This document shows positions 1 to 12,889 of a stretch of 64,000 bases of DNA, one piece after another. The notes below the pieces were generated by a model. That model searched no databases. It had not been told where the DNA came from and was given only the letters and a program-made list of their open reading frames with translations. The DNA is from Octopus bimaculoides (Eukaryota). The DNA is taken from contig NC_068981.1 of the NCBI RefSeq assembly GCF_001194135.2, positions 79,271,689-79,335,688 on the forward strand, in the 5' to 3' direction. The stretch's first letter is position 1, and every line of letters starts with the position of its first letter. The position numbers were made by a program, and so were the translations under genes.

Positions 1-571
1 GGTGGAAATTACTGAACAGCTAAACGAGCTGAACATCCAGCTGCAGGGTAAAGACGTCTTGGTACCCGACCTCTTCGCCCACGTGAAAGCATTCGAATGC
101 AAACTTCGCCTGTGAGAGCATCAGTTCAACCAGAGGAAATTTACTCACTTCGCCCGCTTGGCTGAGCTGTGCCTGACCCCCGCTGCCTGCCGTCGCTACG
201 CTGCTGCTGACCTGTCTGAGCTGCGAGGCGAGTTAGTGGCCGACAAGCTTCAGCTGGAGCTCATTGAGCTCCAATGCTCAGAGAGCCACCGCGCAAAGTC
301 TGCGCTTGTGTCGCTCATGGAGTTCTGGCGTTCACTCTCAGCCTCCCGTACTTTCCCGGCTCTTGTTCAGGAGGCTCTGCTCTTAGCTTCATTGTTCGGG
401 TCCGTATATTTTTGTAAGCAGCTGTTCAGCCGCATGAAGCTGACGAAGAACAAGACGGGAGCACAGCTTACAGACGTTCATCTTCAAGACGTTCTCCTTC
501 TGGCCTCCTCGTCCATCAAGTCAGACATTGACTCTCTATCTGTTTCAAAGAATCACCAGCCTTCACATTAA
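1..571 (+). mobile_element. hAT (GTF2IRD2/SPIN-like) transposase C-terminal fragment, disrupted
   Basis: The frame from base 2 reads VEITEQLNELNIQLQGKDVLVPDLFAHVKAFECKLRL* then EHQFNQRKFTHF. ORF 158-571 has SLFGSVYFCKQLFSRMKLTKNK...LTDVHL, the hAT dimerisation-domain motif (FGSTYxCEQLFSxM). It contains an in-frame stop and a frameshift. Confidence 0.85.
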
Positions 572-634
572 TCGTTTCAAATTGTGATTACTGCAAATCT
601 TAATAAAGATTCAATTTCCATTTATTACCATCCT

Positions 635-636
<2 letters not shown>

Positions 637-679
<43 letters not shown>
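637..679. repeat. (CA)n microsatellite
   Basis: Direct reading. Confidence 0.95.
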
Positions 680-681
<2 letters not shown>

Positions 682-887
682 ATATGGGAGAAAGAATCAT
701 AGAGACAGAGGAAAAGTACGCGTTGCAAGCGAGAGAATAGTTATCGGGTGGAGTTATACAAATGAGAAATCTGTTTTATTTAATTTTAGTTGAATGTAAT
801 AAATATTTGTCTTTTGAAAATTAGTATTCATTTCATCGTTTTGTACAAGCATGAAGAAATTTGATAAAAGTTAATTTACAGTTATTG

Positions 888-1271
888 TATTGTTATATTT
901 GGGGATGGTCATTTCCACCACCACCACCACCACCAAATAACAACACGGACTATATACTCGTTCTTCGCTTCATCTTTATTATTATTCTTATTTCTGAGTC
1001 CTTTCTCTAAAATCTTTCCTCACACATCTGTGACCTCTCCAGTGACTCTCCATCCCGCGTGTATCCACCTGTTCTGTTTAGTCCATTGAGTGAATGAACA
1101 GGAGACACGTGGGATGGAGAGCCGCTGAAGAGGTCACAAGATGTGTGACGAAAGATTTCAGACAAAGGACACTAAAATAAGAATAATAATAAAGCTGGAG
1201 TGAAGAACGAGTATATAGTGCGGGTGGTAATTTGGCAAAAAAAAAAATGACCATCCCGAAATATAACAATA
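888..1271. repeat. Imperfect palindrome / foldback MITE-like element (~380 bp)
   Basis: ACTATATACTCGTTCTTC (949) pairs with GAAGAACGAGTATATAGT (ends 1219). Inner arms CACACATCTGTGACCTCT / AGAGGTCACAAGATGTGTG and outer arms TATTGTTATATTTGGGGATGGTCATTT / AAATGACCATCCCGAAATATAACAATA are also complementary. Confidence 0.8.
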
Positions 1272-1499
1272 TGTGTTTCAACACATGATTTCACATCAGG
1301 AATTTTGCAAAACAAGATGCCGTTTTCAATAAGATTAAACTCAATATAATCACCAAAACTGAAGTGGTAGAAATCGTTTAGCACCGAACTAAATTCCTTA
1401 CGATATTCATTTGCAGCCGTTCTAAACCTGCCAATGTCACTCACTTTGATTTTCATTCCTTCCGAATCGATAAAATAAGAACGTTTATTCTAGAACACA

Positions 1500-2565
1500 T
1501 TAATCAAAATTTCACGTGAGATATTTTGGACAATATCAGTTCATCAAGTGTATGGGGATTCTTTGCAAACACAGCGTCTTTGATATAGCCGAATAAAAAG
1601 AAATCGAGAGGCGTTAAGTCTGGCGATCTGGGTGGCCAGAGGCCTTTCGTGATCAACCTGTGTTCGTAAGTGAAACAAAGCGTGGTTGCTAACATGACAT
1701 GTTGCTGAGTCCTGTTGAAGCCATGCATTACTTTTTTTTCATTCTCAGCTACTCAACAAACTGATCAACGTTCCGAATTCAAGGTTTCTTGGGGAAAAAT
1801 CGGTCCTACTATTCTTCGCCTGCTGATAGCCATCCATACACCAATCTTCACTGCATGTAAGGGTGATTCGACAAATTTGTGAGGATTGAGAGCACTCCAG
1901 ATGCGAGTATTTTGCGAATTTAGGTATCCCGATAGGTGAATCAAAGCCTCGTCACTGAAGAAGGTCATGTCAAGCTGGTTGTCATCTATGTTTTCTTGAA
2001 ACCATTTGCAGTAATCCAATCTTTTGGTAAAATCAGCAGGAATAAGTTCATGTAAAGAAGACATACAGTATGGGTACAATTTCAGCGATTTGTGAAGAGC
2101 AGTATGGCAGCTGCCAACAGATAATCCAGTCTCATGAGACAAACGTCGCACAGATTTCCTGGGACTGCGAAGAATTCGTTGACGGACATCTTCCACAACA
2201 TCATCAGAAAGGTGGGTACGTCGGCAAACGTGTTTCTTGTTTTCAACAGAGCCCGTCTTCCTAAACTTTCTAATCAGAACATTAATCGCCTGCTTTATTT
2301 GGCAGAAGCTCATTTGGATATTTGCTCTCAAAATCGGTAACGCAATTGTCAAAGGAGTAAATCCATCGCCCATTGATAAAACGTCCTGATCTAAAATAAG
2401 ATTCCATAATAAATTAACGTTGCTGCACTGATAACACCATTATGACTCCAGGAGAAATCTCAAATGAATGCGTTACACTTGTTAAAAGGCTAAAATCAAT
2501 TTGGCATGGAGAGCCAATATTTTGGCAGTTAATCAATCGAGTCAACTTTTAAATTGAACACCCTG
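1500..2565 (-). mobile_element. Tc1/mariner-family DNA transposon, degenerate
   Basis: ORFs 1765-2373 and 1504-1728 carry an HTH region, FFSDEA, IWSALNPH, GVWMAISRRRIVGPIF and WPPRSPDLTPLDFFLFGY. One TIR, TA|CAGGGTGTTCAATTT, is at 2565 on the minus strand; the other end was not found. Confidence 0.88.
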
Positions 2566-4329
2566 TATTAAAAAAATCTCTTCCGTACATCGGACCGTTC
2601 GTCACCTTAAATTGTCATGCATGTTTTTGTTGTATGTTACGTTTAAAGAAGAGAGCAACCGATTTGTCTACCGTGTAGGACGGACAAAACCCATTCTACG
2701 CCATAACAACATTATCATAAGAATGCTATCATAAACTATATTGATCATATGCAAAATATTGTATTTGTTAGAAGTAAATTCCAAGAATTTTATTTTAAAA
2801 CACGAATAATTAAATATTCCAGACAAAGTATGAGAATATTCAAAATGTTGTAGAACTGTAGAGTGTATTAAATATTAATGCACATCATTATTTACAACAG
2901 ATTTTAAAAGCTTGAGTAAGAAATTGAACTGGATCCGTTGTTGAAGCTCCTGCTTGGGAGTTCAGAGGTTTGGAAGAGAATGGAGTTATCACTGACTTAC
3001 CACTATTCCTAGGCCTGCTATGGTCTTGAGTGATTGTACTATTGTTATAAAGTAGTCGATGCATATGTGGAAGATGTGAGAGAAACCAAAGAGATGCTGG
3101 TTGTTGCTTTTGCTCTTACGAATTCATTACTGATTCGAAATTCATTTTCTCCATTTTCCAAACTTTTCAGAAGATTACCTCTTGCTTTAAGGCGCTTGCT
3201 TTCAAGTAAATTTGCTTTGTTAATGAAAGTATATCACTAATGGTTTTTGCTCTTCATATATCATACATGTGCCTATAATAGAAAGGAATATTAGTGAAAA
3301 AGAAGATTAGTACCAGTTAAACACAGGGATCGATATATCGACACTACCTCTCGCTCAGAATTGTTGGCCTTGTACCAAAATGTGAAACCAATACAAGTTA
3401 ACAAAGCAGATTAACTTAGGGGACAGGTCTATAAAGCAAAAAAAAAAGAAGAGCTTCAAAACAGTTGAGAAAAATGGGATCAAAATATATACCTGGGAGA
3501 AAAACTGCAACATAAAATTACTTATTGAATAGCCTATGTTTTCCTGGGGTCTGTGAATCAACAGAATTGTGAGCATGTCGAAAAACATGCTTTACTGTAT
3601 TTTTTTCCCCTTTTTTTTTTTACGTTTTGAGTTCAAACCTTGCCTTTCGGATTCAATAAAACGAACTCCCCTTCAAGTACCGGGATCTATGAAACTGTGT
3701 AATCCTTTTTCCCCTAAATTGCTTGGGCCAAATTTTTTTTTTAATATTAGGAGTATCTCATTATTAGGAGTATCTCATTATTAGGACTTTTGCATCACTG
3801 AATATTGAGGGTTTAGATTCGCTGTCACACTTTTGGCGGGAGAGAGGAAGACAGAGAGGGAAAGAGAGAGAAAGTGTGTGCGCGCGTGAGCGTTTCTATA
3901 GAATTTCTGTAGTGTTTGCTGGTGGGAAAAGCGTTATTTTATGGTTTAGACAATGTCTGTCAAGCTCATCTGTGAAAACTATGTACAACCATTATGTTTT
4001 TGTCAAGTATGTTAGTATAAAATTGTTTCTCGGTCACCATCCTGTTGTTGACATTGTTGTGGTTATTGTTGTTGATATTGTTGTGGTTGCTGTTGTTGAT
4101 GTTCCTGGCAAAAAATATAAAATAAAAATGACCATCCCGAAATATAAAAACATCTGTTAATTATCTTCCAAGTAGTCATTTAACTGTAATTAGGAACTTG
4201 TATTCAATCTGATAGAAACATATTTCTAACGTGACAAAAAACGCCTTATATATATTAAAAAAAAATGACCAGGAGATGTTTTTTTTACAAGACATCATAA
4301 GCGAGTGATGTCAGATTAACTGTCTCAAC

Positions 4330-4600
4330 GACCCAATAATGGCCGAAAGAGTATACGGTCCCGAATACAAGCAGCTGAAATGGGGTTCCTCCAAAAGAGC
4401 GGTAGCTCGGATATCAGAGAGTTTCTCCGGGTCGAGCTGCCACTTGTCTGTATTAAGAGTTGTAATACAGATGTTATTGCCAAAATGTGATTAGTAAGTC
4501 ACAGAAAAGAACTGCAAGACGGATTCTTCAAGCCGAGCCAACCAGCGAGAAATTTATGTGGTAGATCGAGAATGAAATAGTCGGATAATAACCATAGTGT
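4330..4600 (+). mobile_element. RTE-type LINE 3' fragment, degenerate
   Basis: Translates to ..IRSRIQAAEMGFLQK..SDIREFLRVEL.., typical of the C-terminal part of RTE ORF2. Confidence 0.6.
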
Positions 4601-4877
4601 TATTCATGCTTGAGAATCCAGTCGGAAAGTGTAATGATGGATGCTTCTAATAGGACACTAGGGACAGGGGCGAACCCAAGGGATGGGGGAGCTGAGGGGC
4701 ACGTTCCCCTCTCAAGAAAAGAAGTGCGCCCTTCTAGATAATGTTATTACGCCCTTTTCTCCTGGAATTGTATTCCCTTCTGACCTGGAACCGCGCCTGA
4801 GAGAGGAGGTGTCTGATAACTCTATTTCCACAACACATCCAGGAATAGTGGGCGAAGAAGATGGACGGATAGATGGG

Positions 4878-6361
4878 TACACTCTGCCAGACCATATCGA
4901 TGATTTTCAGGCAGTTTACAATGTTGTAGTGCTTCCTCCAAAACTCACAAAGAGTTAGATTTGTATTTTCGGTAACTTCAAAGCACCGACGAAACAGGTG
5001 TTTGGTGTACAATTTCTTGAAATTAGAAATCACCTGTTGGTCCATGGGTTGCAAGATAGGGGTGGTGTTGCGTGAAAAGTACAGAACTTTTATAAATTTA
5101 AATTTGTCAAGGATATCATCTTCGAGGTTAGTGGGGTGAGGAGGGCCTTGAGAGAAAGATTGTTCTTCAGAAGGTGCTTTTTCAATGCTGGTCCGAAAAC
5201 AAGGCTGACCCACTCGGAGAAGAATTGCCTGATGACGCAGGCTTTAATGTTTGCCCGCCACACGACCTGCAGCTTCTTCAGGATTTTGTGCGACTTGAAC
5301 GCTCGTGGGTTTTCGGAATGGTAGACAAGGAGCGGCTTCATCATCAAACCCCCGCTCGCATTGGCACAAAAAGCGAGAGTTAGGCTATCTTTCATAGGCT
5401 TGTGACCTGACATTTTCTTCTCTGTAATTATGTGGGTTCTTCAAGGAATTTTTTTTTTTTCAAAAAAGGCCAATTTCATCACAGTTGAATACTTGTTGTG
5501 CGATGTACTCCTCGGCTGCGATGAGCTGACGGAATTCACGCACGAAATCCTCAGCTGCCTCCGTGTCAGAACTCGTTGCTTCTCCACACCTGACGACGCT
5601 ATGAACACCAGTCCTCTTCTTGAAATTATCAAATCAGCGCGACTGGCCTTAAGTGCGTCTACTGATGTCTCCTCCATCGTTGTTCCAGGGTTCTGCTTCA
5701 GGAGATCCCCATACAGAGCTCGTGCTTTCTCGCAGATGATGATCTCCGTAATCGTGTCCCCTGCGAGTTGTTTCTCGTTGATCCACAGGAGAAGCAATAT
5801 TTCCATCCTTTCGTGGACAGTTATGCGTTGCTTAGAGAGCCTGGAGACACCTTTTGCTATTGTAACAGCCTCGATCGCATCCTTTTTCTTCAGGGTGGTG
5901 CAGATCGTCGACATGATTCGGTCGTATTGACGTGCTATGTCCACTACACGCACCCCTCTCTCATGTTTATCAATGCTTTCCTTCTTTAGTTCAATTGTAA
6001 GTAGCTTTTTCTTCTTCTCAGCACTGTCCTTTGCACTAACCTTCTTGGGACCAATGGCTAACACTACTAATTATTATGAAATAATAGTAAACAATTCACA
6101 AAACCAAACTCAAATACTGCGAAAAACACAACAGGGATGCTGTCACAACGAGACAAACACATTAAATGAGCGAGCGGAGACTACGCTTGTTGGCTTGTTG
6201 GGAGAGCTTGTGCGAGCTCAACGCCGACTAGCGGTTGCTTGTATGAAACTCACTCGTACTGCACATTTCCACTCGTACTTCAAGACAAAAATTCGCACGA
6301 GCCTCGGCTCGTATAGCAAATTACCCGTACAATGGTGCACTCGTACTGCGAGGTTCTACTG
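4878..6361 (-). mobile_element. Tigger/pogo (TIGD1-like) transposon, frameshifted and 3' truncated
   Basis: CENP-B-type HTH (KKKLLTIELKKESIDKHERGVRVVDIARQY; LLLLWINEKQLAGDT) and DDE_1 segments (GHKPMKDSLTLAFCANASG; FFSRNTTPILQPMDQQVISNFKKLY) are spread over several frames. The TIR TA|CAGTAGAACCTCGCAGTACGAG starts at 6361 on the minus strand. Confidence 0.92.
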
Positions 6362-6724
6362 TATATAGAATTTTAATGTTGTAGTTGTTGATTCTTGCTA
6401 CGTTCTAAGTTCAAATTCCGCCGAGGTCGACTTTACCTTTCATCCTTTTTGAGTTCGCACGGTCGTTTTTTCATCTTGGGTTAAGAAAATTTTTCTTCGA
6501 GGTTTTCGCTAATGGTTCGTACAGAGATTTGTTTGTCGATCGTTCTGTAAAAGCGTACCTCTTCAAACACTCATCACCAAACAGCCTTTTCGCCACCAGC
6601 GTCGTGCGCCAACCAAGATTACCACCGTGACGACAACAATTACTACTACCAACTACAAGCATTCCCCCCGACGTCGCCAAGTTACCACTGTCAACATCAT
6701 TACCACCACACATACAGAACACAG

Positions 6725-7680
6725 NNNNNNNNNNNNNNNNNNNNNNNNNNNNNNNNNNNNNNNNNNNNNNNNNNNNNNNNNNNNNNNNNNNNNNNNNNNN
6801 NNNNNNNNNNNNNNNNNNNNNNNNNNNNNNNNNNNNNNNNNNNNNNNNNNNNNNNNNNNNNNNNNNNNNNNNNNNNNNNNNNNNNNNNNNNNNNNNNNNN
6901 NNNNNNNNNNNNNNNNNNNNNNNNNNNNNNNNNNNNNNNNNNNNNNNNNNNNNNNNNNNNNNNNNNNNNNNNNNNNNNNNNNNNNNNNNNNNNNNNNNNN
7001 NNNNNNNNNNNNNNNNNNNNNNNNNNNNNNNNNNNNNNNNNNNNNNNNNNNNNNNNNNNNNNNNNNNNNNNNNNNNNNNNNNNNNNNNNNNNNNNNNNNN
7101 NNNNNNNNNNNNNNNNNNNNNNNNNNNNNNNNNNNNNNNNNNNNNNNNNNNNNNNNNNNNNNNNNNNNNNNNNNNNNNNNNNNNNNNNNNNNNNNNNNNN
7201 NNNNNNNNNNNNNNNNNNNNNNNNNNNNNNNNNNNNNNNNNNNNNNNNNNNNNNNNNNNNNNNNNNNNNNNNNNNNNNNNNNNNNNNNNNNNNNNNNNNN
7301 NNNNNNNNNNNNNNNNNNNNNNNNNNNNNNNNNNNNNNNNNNNNNNNNNNNNNNNNNNNNNNNNNNNNNNNNNNNNNNNNNNNNNNNNNNNNNNNNNNNN
7401 NNNNNNNNNNNNNNNNNNNNNNNNNNNNNNNNNNNNNNNNNNNNNNNNNNNNNNNNNNNNNNNNNNNNNNNNNNNNNNNNNNNNNNNNNNNNNNNNNNNN
7501 NNNNNNNNNNNNNNNNNNNNNNNNNNNNNNNNNNNNNNNNNNNNNNNNNNNNNNNNNNNNNNNNNNNNNNNNNNNNNNNNNNNNNNNNNNNNNNNNNNNN
7601 NNNNNNNNNNNNNNNNNNNNNNNNNNNNNNNNNNNNNNNNNNNNNNNNNNNNNNNNNNNNNNNNNNNNNNNNNNNNNNNN
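6725..7680. other. Assembly gap (N run)
   Basis: N run. Other gaps are at 13185-13492, 28611-29008, 30327-30366, 40452-40810 and 61199-61340. ORFs spanning them are artefacts. Confidence 1.
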
Positions 7681-8149
7681 GTAGTCTCACGCATGCGTGG
7701 AATTAAACAAGCAAGCGTTCCCGCTTAATTCTATCTCTTTTACGGTCGGCCGACCATGAGCATGGACGTGCTAAGCTGTCTCTCTACATCTTTCGGACTT
7801 ACACTCGACAGCTCGCTTGCAACTACATACCCACGTCCCAACAACTATGCTCACACACAACAGAAGCTGTAACAACAAGAGCTAAAGATGATATATTTAC
7901 CACCTAAATAAAGTGTTGTTTAAGTTGATAGTCTGGAGTTCAGCGTTCCGTTATATTCTTTAATTTTATAGTAGGAAAGTCAGGTATACATCTAATGATG
8001 TATAACCAACTTTCCTATAAATGTTTGATTAATTATTGGCGTGATAGAGATTGCCTGTAGAATATATAGATATGGGGTTCCGTAATTTTTGAGAAATCGT
8101 ATAAGGATTCTGCGATAGAATAAGTTTGGAAATCACTGCACTGGTACAG

Positions 8150-8169
8150 GGTATTATTATTATTATTAC

Positions 8170-8239
<70 letters not shown>

Positions 8240-9155
8240 TAGTCTTATTTTTATCACATGCTTTCACTACGCAGCTCCGTGTGCCTTGAGTATGTGCTGT
8301 GGTTTAGTGTTTTATGTAGGATGTGTGCGGTGCCTAATAGTGCTATTTTCTGTATGTTATATATACTTGCTAGTCTTGTTTTTTTTTGTTTTGTTTTTTT
8401 CTTGTTATGGTGGCAAGCTGGCAGAATCGTTAGCGCACTGGACGAAATGCTTAGCAGTATTTCGCTTGTCTCCACGTCCTGAGTTCAAATTCCGCCGAGG
8501 TTGACTTTGCCTTTCATCCTTTCGGGGTCGATAAATTAAGTACAAGTTATGCACTGGAGTCGATGTAATCGACTTAATCCCTTCCCCCAAATTTGAGGCC
8601 TTGTGCTTCCAGTAGAAAGGATTATTATCGTTATTATTGAGTGAGAGAGCAGTGCATGCCATCAAAGTGATATTGGGGTAAATTATACGAAGCCCAGTAT
8701 ACCCATCATGACCACCCGTCTGATAAGGGTACACCAGGCACATGCATCATTTGTGCGCGACATGGTGGTCTCATATCAAGATAAACAGCGCAGTTAGAAT
8801 TTTCTTAGGTCGAGTAGCCCCTCCCATTCAAAAGGTCCCTGAATAAGGGTTGTTTAAGGATGTTGAATGAAACACACGTTTCCAAAGGTGAATTATTCAA
8901 ACCCGAAAGAATTCCTTTCAACACTCCTTTCCTGCTCCCCCACTACTTCTGCTCGTGATCAGAGATGCACATATCGTCAGCCACTAAGGGACATGCACTG
9001 GTTAAGGTCAAACAACTGACTAGCAAATCTGTGGTATTGAGCAGAATATTTGTTGTAGCCATCTTTTATACCAAGACAAACAAATGTACATGATAACACT
9101 TCCAATCAGTTAAGATCAGAAGCCATGAGAGCCACTGCCTGGTACTGCATCAGGG

Positions 9156-9211
<56 letters not shown>

Positions 9212-9487
9212 TATTATTATTATTATTATTTATTATTATTATTATTTATTATTTATTATTATTATTATTATTTATTATTATTATGATTAAGGCAGCGAAC
9301 TGGCAGTATCGTTAGCGCGCTTAGAAATGCTTAGCGGTATCTCGCCCGTCACTACGTCCTGAGTTCAAATTCCGCCGAGGTCATCCTTTCAGGGTCGATA
9401 AATTAAGAACCAGTTGAACTCTGGGGTCGATTTAATAGACACATACCCTCCCCCAAAATTGCTGCCTTTGCAGTAAAATTTGAAACA

Positions 9488-9531
<44 letters not shown>

Positions 9532-9960
9532 GGTAACGAGCTGACAGAATCGTTAGCGCGCCGGGGAAAATGCTTAGCGGCATTTCGTCCGTCTTTACGT
9601 TCTGATTTCAAATTCCGCCGGGGTTGACTTTGCCTTTCAACCTTTCGGAGTCGATGAAATAAGTACCAGTTACCCACTGGGGTCGACGTAATCGACTATA
9701 CCCCTCTCCCAAAATTTCAGGTCTTGTGCCTTTAGTAGAAAGGATTATTAATAAGGCGGAGAGCTGTCAGAATCGTTAACAGCCCGGGCAAAATGCCCAG
9801 CAGCCTTTCGCCCATCTTTTTGTTCCGAGCTCAAATGCCGCCGAGATAGATTTTGCCTTTCATCCTTTCAGGATTGATAAAATAAGTATCCGTTGAGTAA
9901 AGCGGTCGATGTAAATGACTTACCCCACTACCCCAACCTTCCTGGCCTTATGTCAAAATT
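8150..9960 (+). repeat. Cluster of octopus-type tRNA-derived SINEs (family A) alternating with (ATT)n tracts
   Basis: Recurrent GGCAGAATCGTTAGC...GTTCAAATTCCGCCGAGG..GACTTTGCCTTTCATCCTTTCGGGGTCGATAAA..AAGTACCAGT at about 8410, 9290 and 9530, and 9755. (ATT)n runs lie at about 8151-8236, 9157-9285 and 9489-9528. Confidence 0.85.
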
Positions 9961-10410
9961 TGAAATTATTATTATTATTATTAGTAGTAGTAGTAGTAGT
10001 GGTGGTAGTGGTAGTGGTAGTAGTAGTAGTAGTACTAGTAGTAGTAGTAGGAAAACTGAACAACAAACATCTAACGTTTACTAATGTAGACGCGTTATTT
10101 TAAAGTCTGATAAAGATTCATCACATGTTTGTTTGTGTTTAATCTTATCTATCATATGTCCTAACGATATCGTCGGATTGTCTGTGGATGTCATCTTTGA
10201 AATTGAATGCACACACAAACACACATACACGCACACACACATTAATATTCTTATCAACTGTTACTCTATAACTCTATATAAGTTATGACAATAGTATTGT
10301 GCAACGTGACAGAATAACCAATGCTATTTAATGTCGGATCTTAAGATATAGAAAATACATGGAGTGTATGTGTGCATATTTTTTGTGCAAATTTTAAAGG
10401 ATTAGAGACA

Positions 10411-11668
10411 TTAACAGAAACGTCTTCCATGATTCAACCAGAATAACTTTAGTTTCCCGTTGAAGGTTTTAATTTTCTCTTTGCAAGAAAACAGAGTGAA
10501 GATATTTCCTTGAAGTTCTTTGTTAAGGACATTTAGCTTTTCAAGTATGTCAGACAAGTAAAAAACATCACTCTTTGCATCAACAAGTTTCTCTCCAAGT
10601 TCTGTCTCACTCAAAAAAGAGATAACAGTGTCCCAAAGTGCAACAAAGCGATGCAGGCAATTACCCTTGGATAGCCATCTGACTTCAGTATGCAACACAA
10701 GTCGTTCAAATTCCTCGTCGATATTTTCACGTAATTGCTTAAAGAGGCAATCTTGCAGTGCATTCTTTTTATTAAGTTGACAGCTTTGATAACATTTATA
10801 AGTGCATCATTCAAACGTCCTGCTATGTCTTTGGTTACCAGATGCTGTCAATGAAGAACGCAGTGCACATAAAGCACATTAGGAACAGCTTTTTTTAAGT
10901 AAGCACTGAATCCCCGATATCTTCCGATCATAGCAGCAACGCCATCTGTTACACAAGCCACAATGTTCTTCAATGGACTGTTGTTCTCTTCAAAATAGGC
11001 TCCAAGTTTTTTGAAGATGGATTCCTCTTTTGCGTCGGTCGTTAATTTCAAAGCATAAAGCAATTCCTGACATATATCGTTAACATTAAGAAACCTAACA
11101 AATGCCATTAAAAAAGCAAAAATATCAGGTTGAGTTGATTTATCTATTTGAAGCGAGAACTCATTTTCCCTAAGTTTTGAAACTAATTAACTTTCAACAT
11201 CAGCCACCATTTCATGAATCTGATGAGTTGCTCAGAGGAATAACACTAGTAACCTGTTGTGGACTCTGATCCATGACTGTTGAAAGCACTACAGCCACTG
11301 CAGGCATGATCAAAGATTCTCCAATCGTGCGAGGCTTACCAGCTTTTGCAATTAAATTTGCTATCTTGTAAGAAGCCATTCCTTTTTGCTGCTTTTTGAA
11401 TGAACATTTGATCCACTGTCACCCTTCCTTAAAACTCATCACGTAACCTTTTGAAGAAATCTAGTGGCTTGCCTTTCTTATTTCTATGTGTAGTCTTCAG
11501 ATGTTTCTTTTTTTTTTTACTTTGCAGGGACGCGTACTTTCATTTGAGAAGGAAGTCTTGTTCAGCAGGCACATAGCCATGGTAGAATTTTATGGAGATT
11601 TAATGAATCCATTAGCAAGGTATTCGACAGAATATTGTCTACACTTTTTTTTTAGATGTACTTTCCAT
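10411..11668 (-). mobile_element. hAT Buster/ZBED5-like transposase, degenerate
   Basis: The start MESTSKKKCRQYSVEYLANGF is at 11668, preceded by a splice acceptor (TTATTATTTCAG). It continues with AFVRFLN..CQELLYAL, ACVTDGVAAMIGRYRGF, VHCVLH and LLHTEVRWLSKGNCL..YLSDILEKLN..NKELQG, with several stops and frameshifts. Confidence 0.9.
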
Positions 11669-12889
11669 GTTTATCTGAAATAATAAACAAATATTTTCAA
11701 AAAAGTTAAATAAACAAGAGGTTAGTTTCAAGCGTTTTCGTCAGGGTTGAATACAGAATAAGATAAACCAATATACCTTTTTAGCCAAGAATAGAATTAG
11801 ATCTAAAACCAGGTTTATAAAGTTAATTCATTACGTAGTTAACTAAATCAAAAGCTTTAATAATCAGGAAAAACAGATTAATATTTATGCTTATAAAAAG
11901 ATAAAAATAACAAGACAAAAATTCATCGTTCTCTTTTCAGTTGACAATCCAGGAAGAAAATAAATTTGATGAAAAGAAACTAAATTATAAAAGTGATAGC
12001 TAAAGCAAGCGAACTGGTAAACTCATGGAGAAAATAGAGTTGATCTATTGTTGAATCAAACTCGAGCTGTTAAAAAGAGTTAGAGAAGTATATAGAAAAT
12101 GTATTTTCTTTAAAAAAAAAAATGATTTTATAATATATTTCGTTATATTCTGTTAAACATAATTCAATATTAAATTTGACTCTAATTAAATTAAGTATAT
12201 AATACTATTCAGTGACCAATTATTGAATTATTAAGTTGATTAATAATTTAATAGTAGTATAAAAGTGCATATAAGAATGATTTTATCTAGTTTTCTAATG
12301 AACTGTTTGTTTGTTTGTTTGTTTTCGGGGCACCCTCGGTCTCTCACCTCCCTCTTGATTCCCCATCTTAGTTTGAATACTTCTCAAAGCCCTTGTTAAT
12401 TATAGGTTTTTTGACAATAAATCCTATACTCGTATGTGAAGAAACAGTTTTCCTGACCGCTTGGCTCCAGTTTGAATGATTGATCAATGATTTAACTTGG
12501 TGGATCGACCTTTCCGTCCTCGCCTCTGATGCTATGGACCTAGACGGAATATTTATGATAATTAAAGTAACTTATAAAACTTAGGTAAAATGAAGTAAAA
12601 AGAAGTAGATACTTGTACACCAACGACACAGGAAAATATAATTAAACAAGCAAGTACGGTATCAAGAGCAGAAGTAGGATGAAATAAGCAGAGAGAGAAA
12701 GAAGAAATAGTATAATTTGACAAAGCAAAAAAGAAAAATGAATCTTCAAGAGATCTGTGCGGATGTTAACCAGTTAGCATGGACGTTTTTGATTAGATGG
12801 ATTTGCCATGTCGTCGATAATGTTGAAATGGAGGTTTGATTAATAACTGTGACTTTGCCTTCTGCGCTGTCCATTATATATGTGTAGTG

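Noticed and set aside
3756-3784. Short perfect tandem duplications (also about 46997-47043, 54485-54550, 54905-54995, 59745-59775)
   Set aside because: Ordinary local slippage duplications with nothing pointing to function.
6471-7706. Long ORFs spanning N runs (also 13084-13608, 28433-29046, 40382-40852, 61157-61379)
   Set aside because: Artefacts of assembly gaps.
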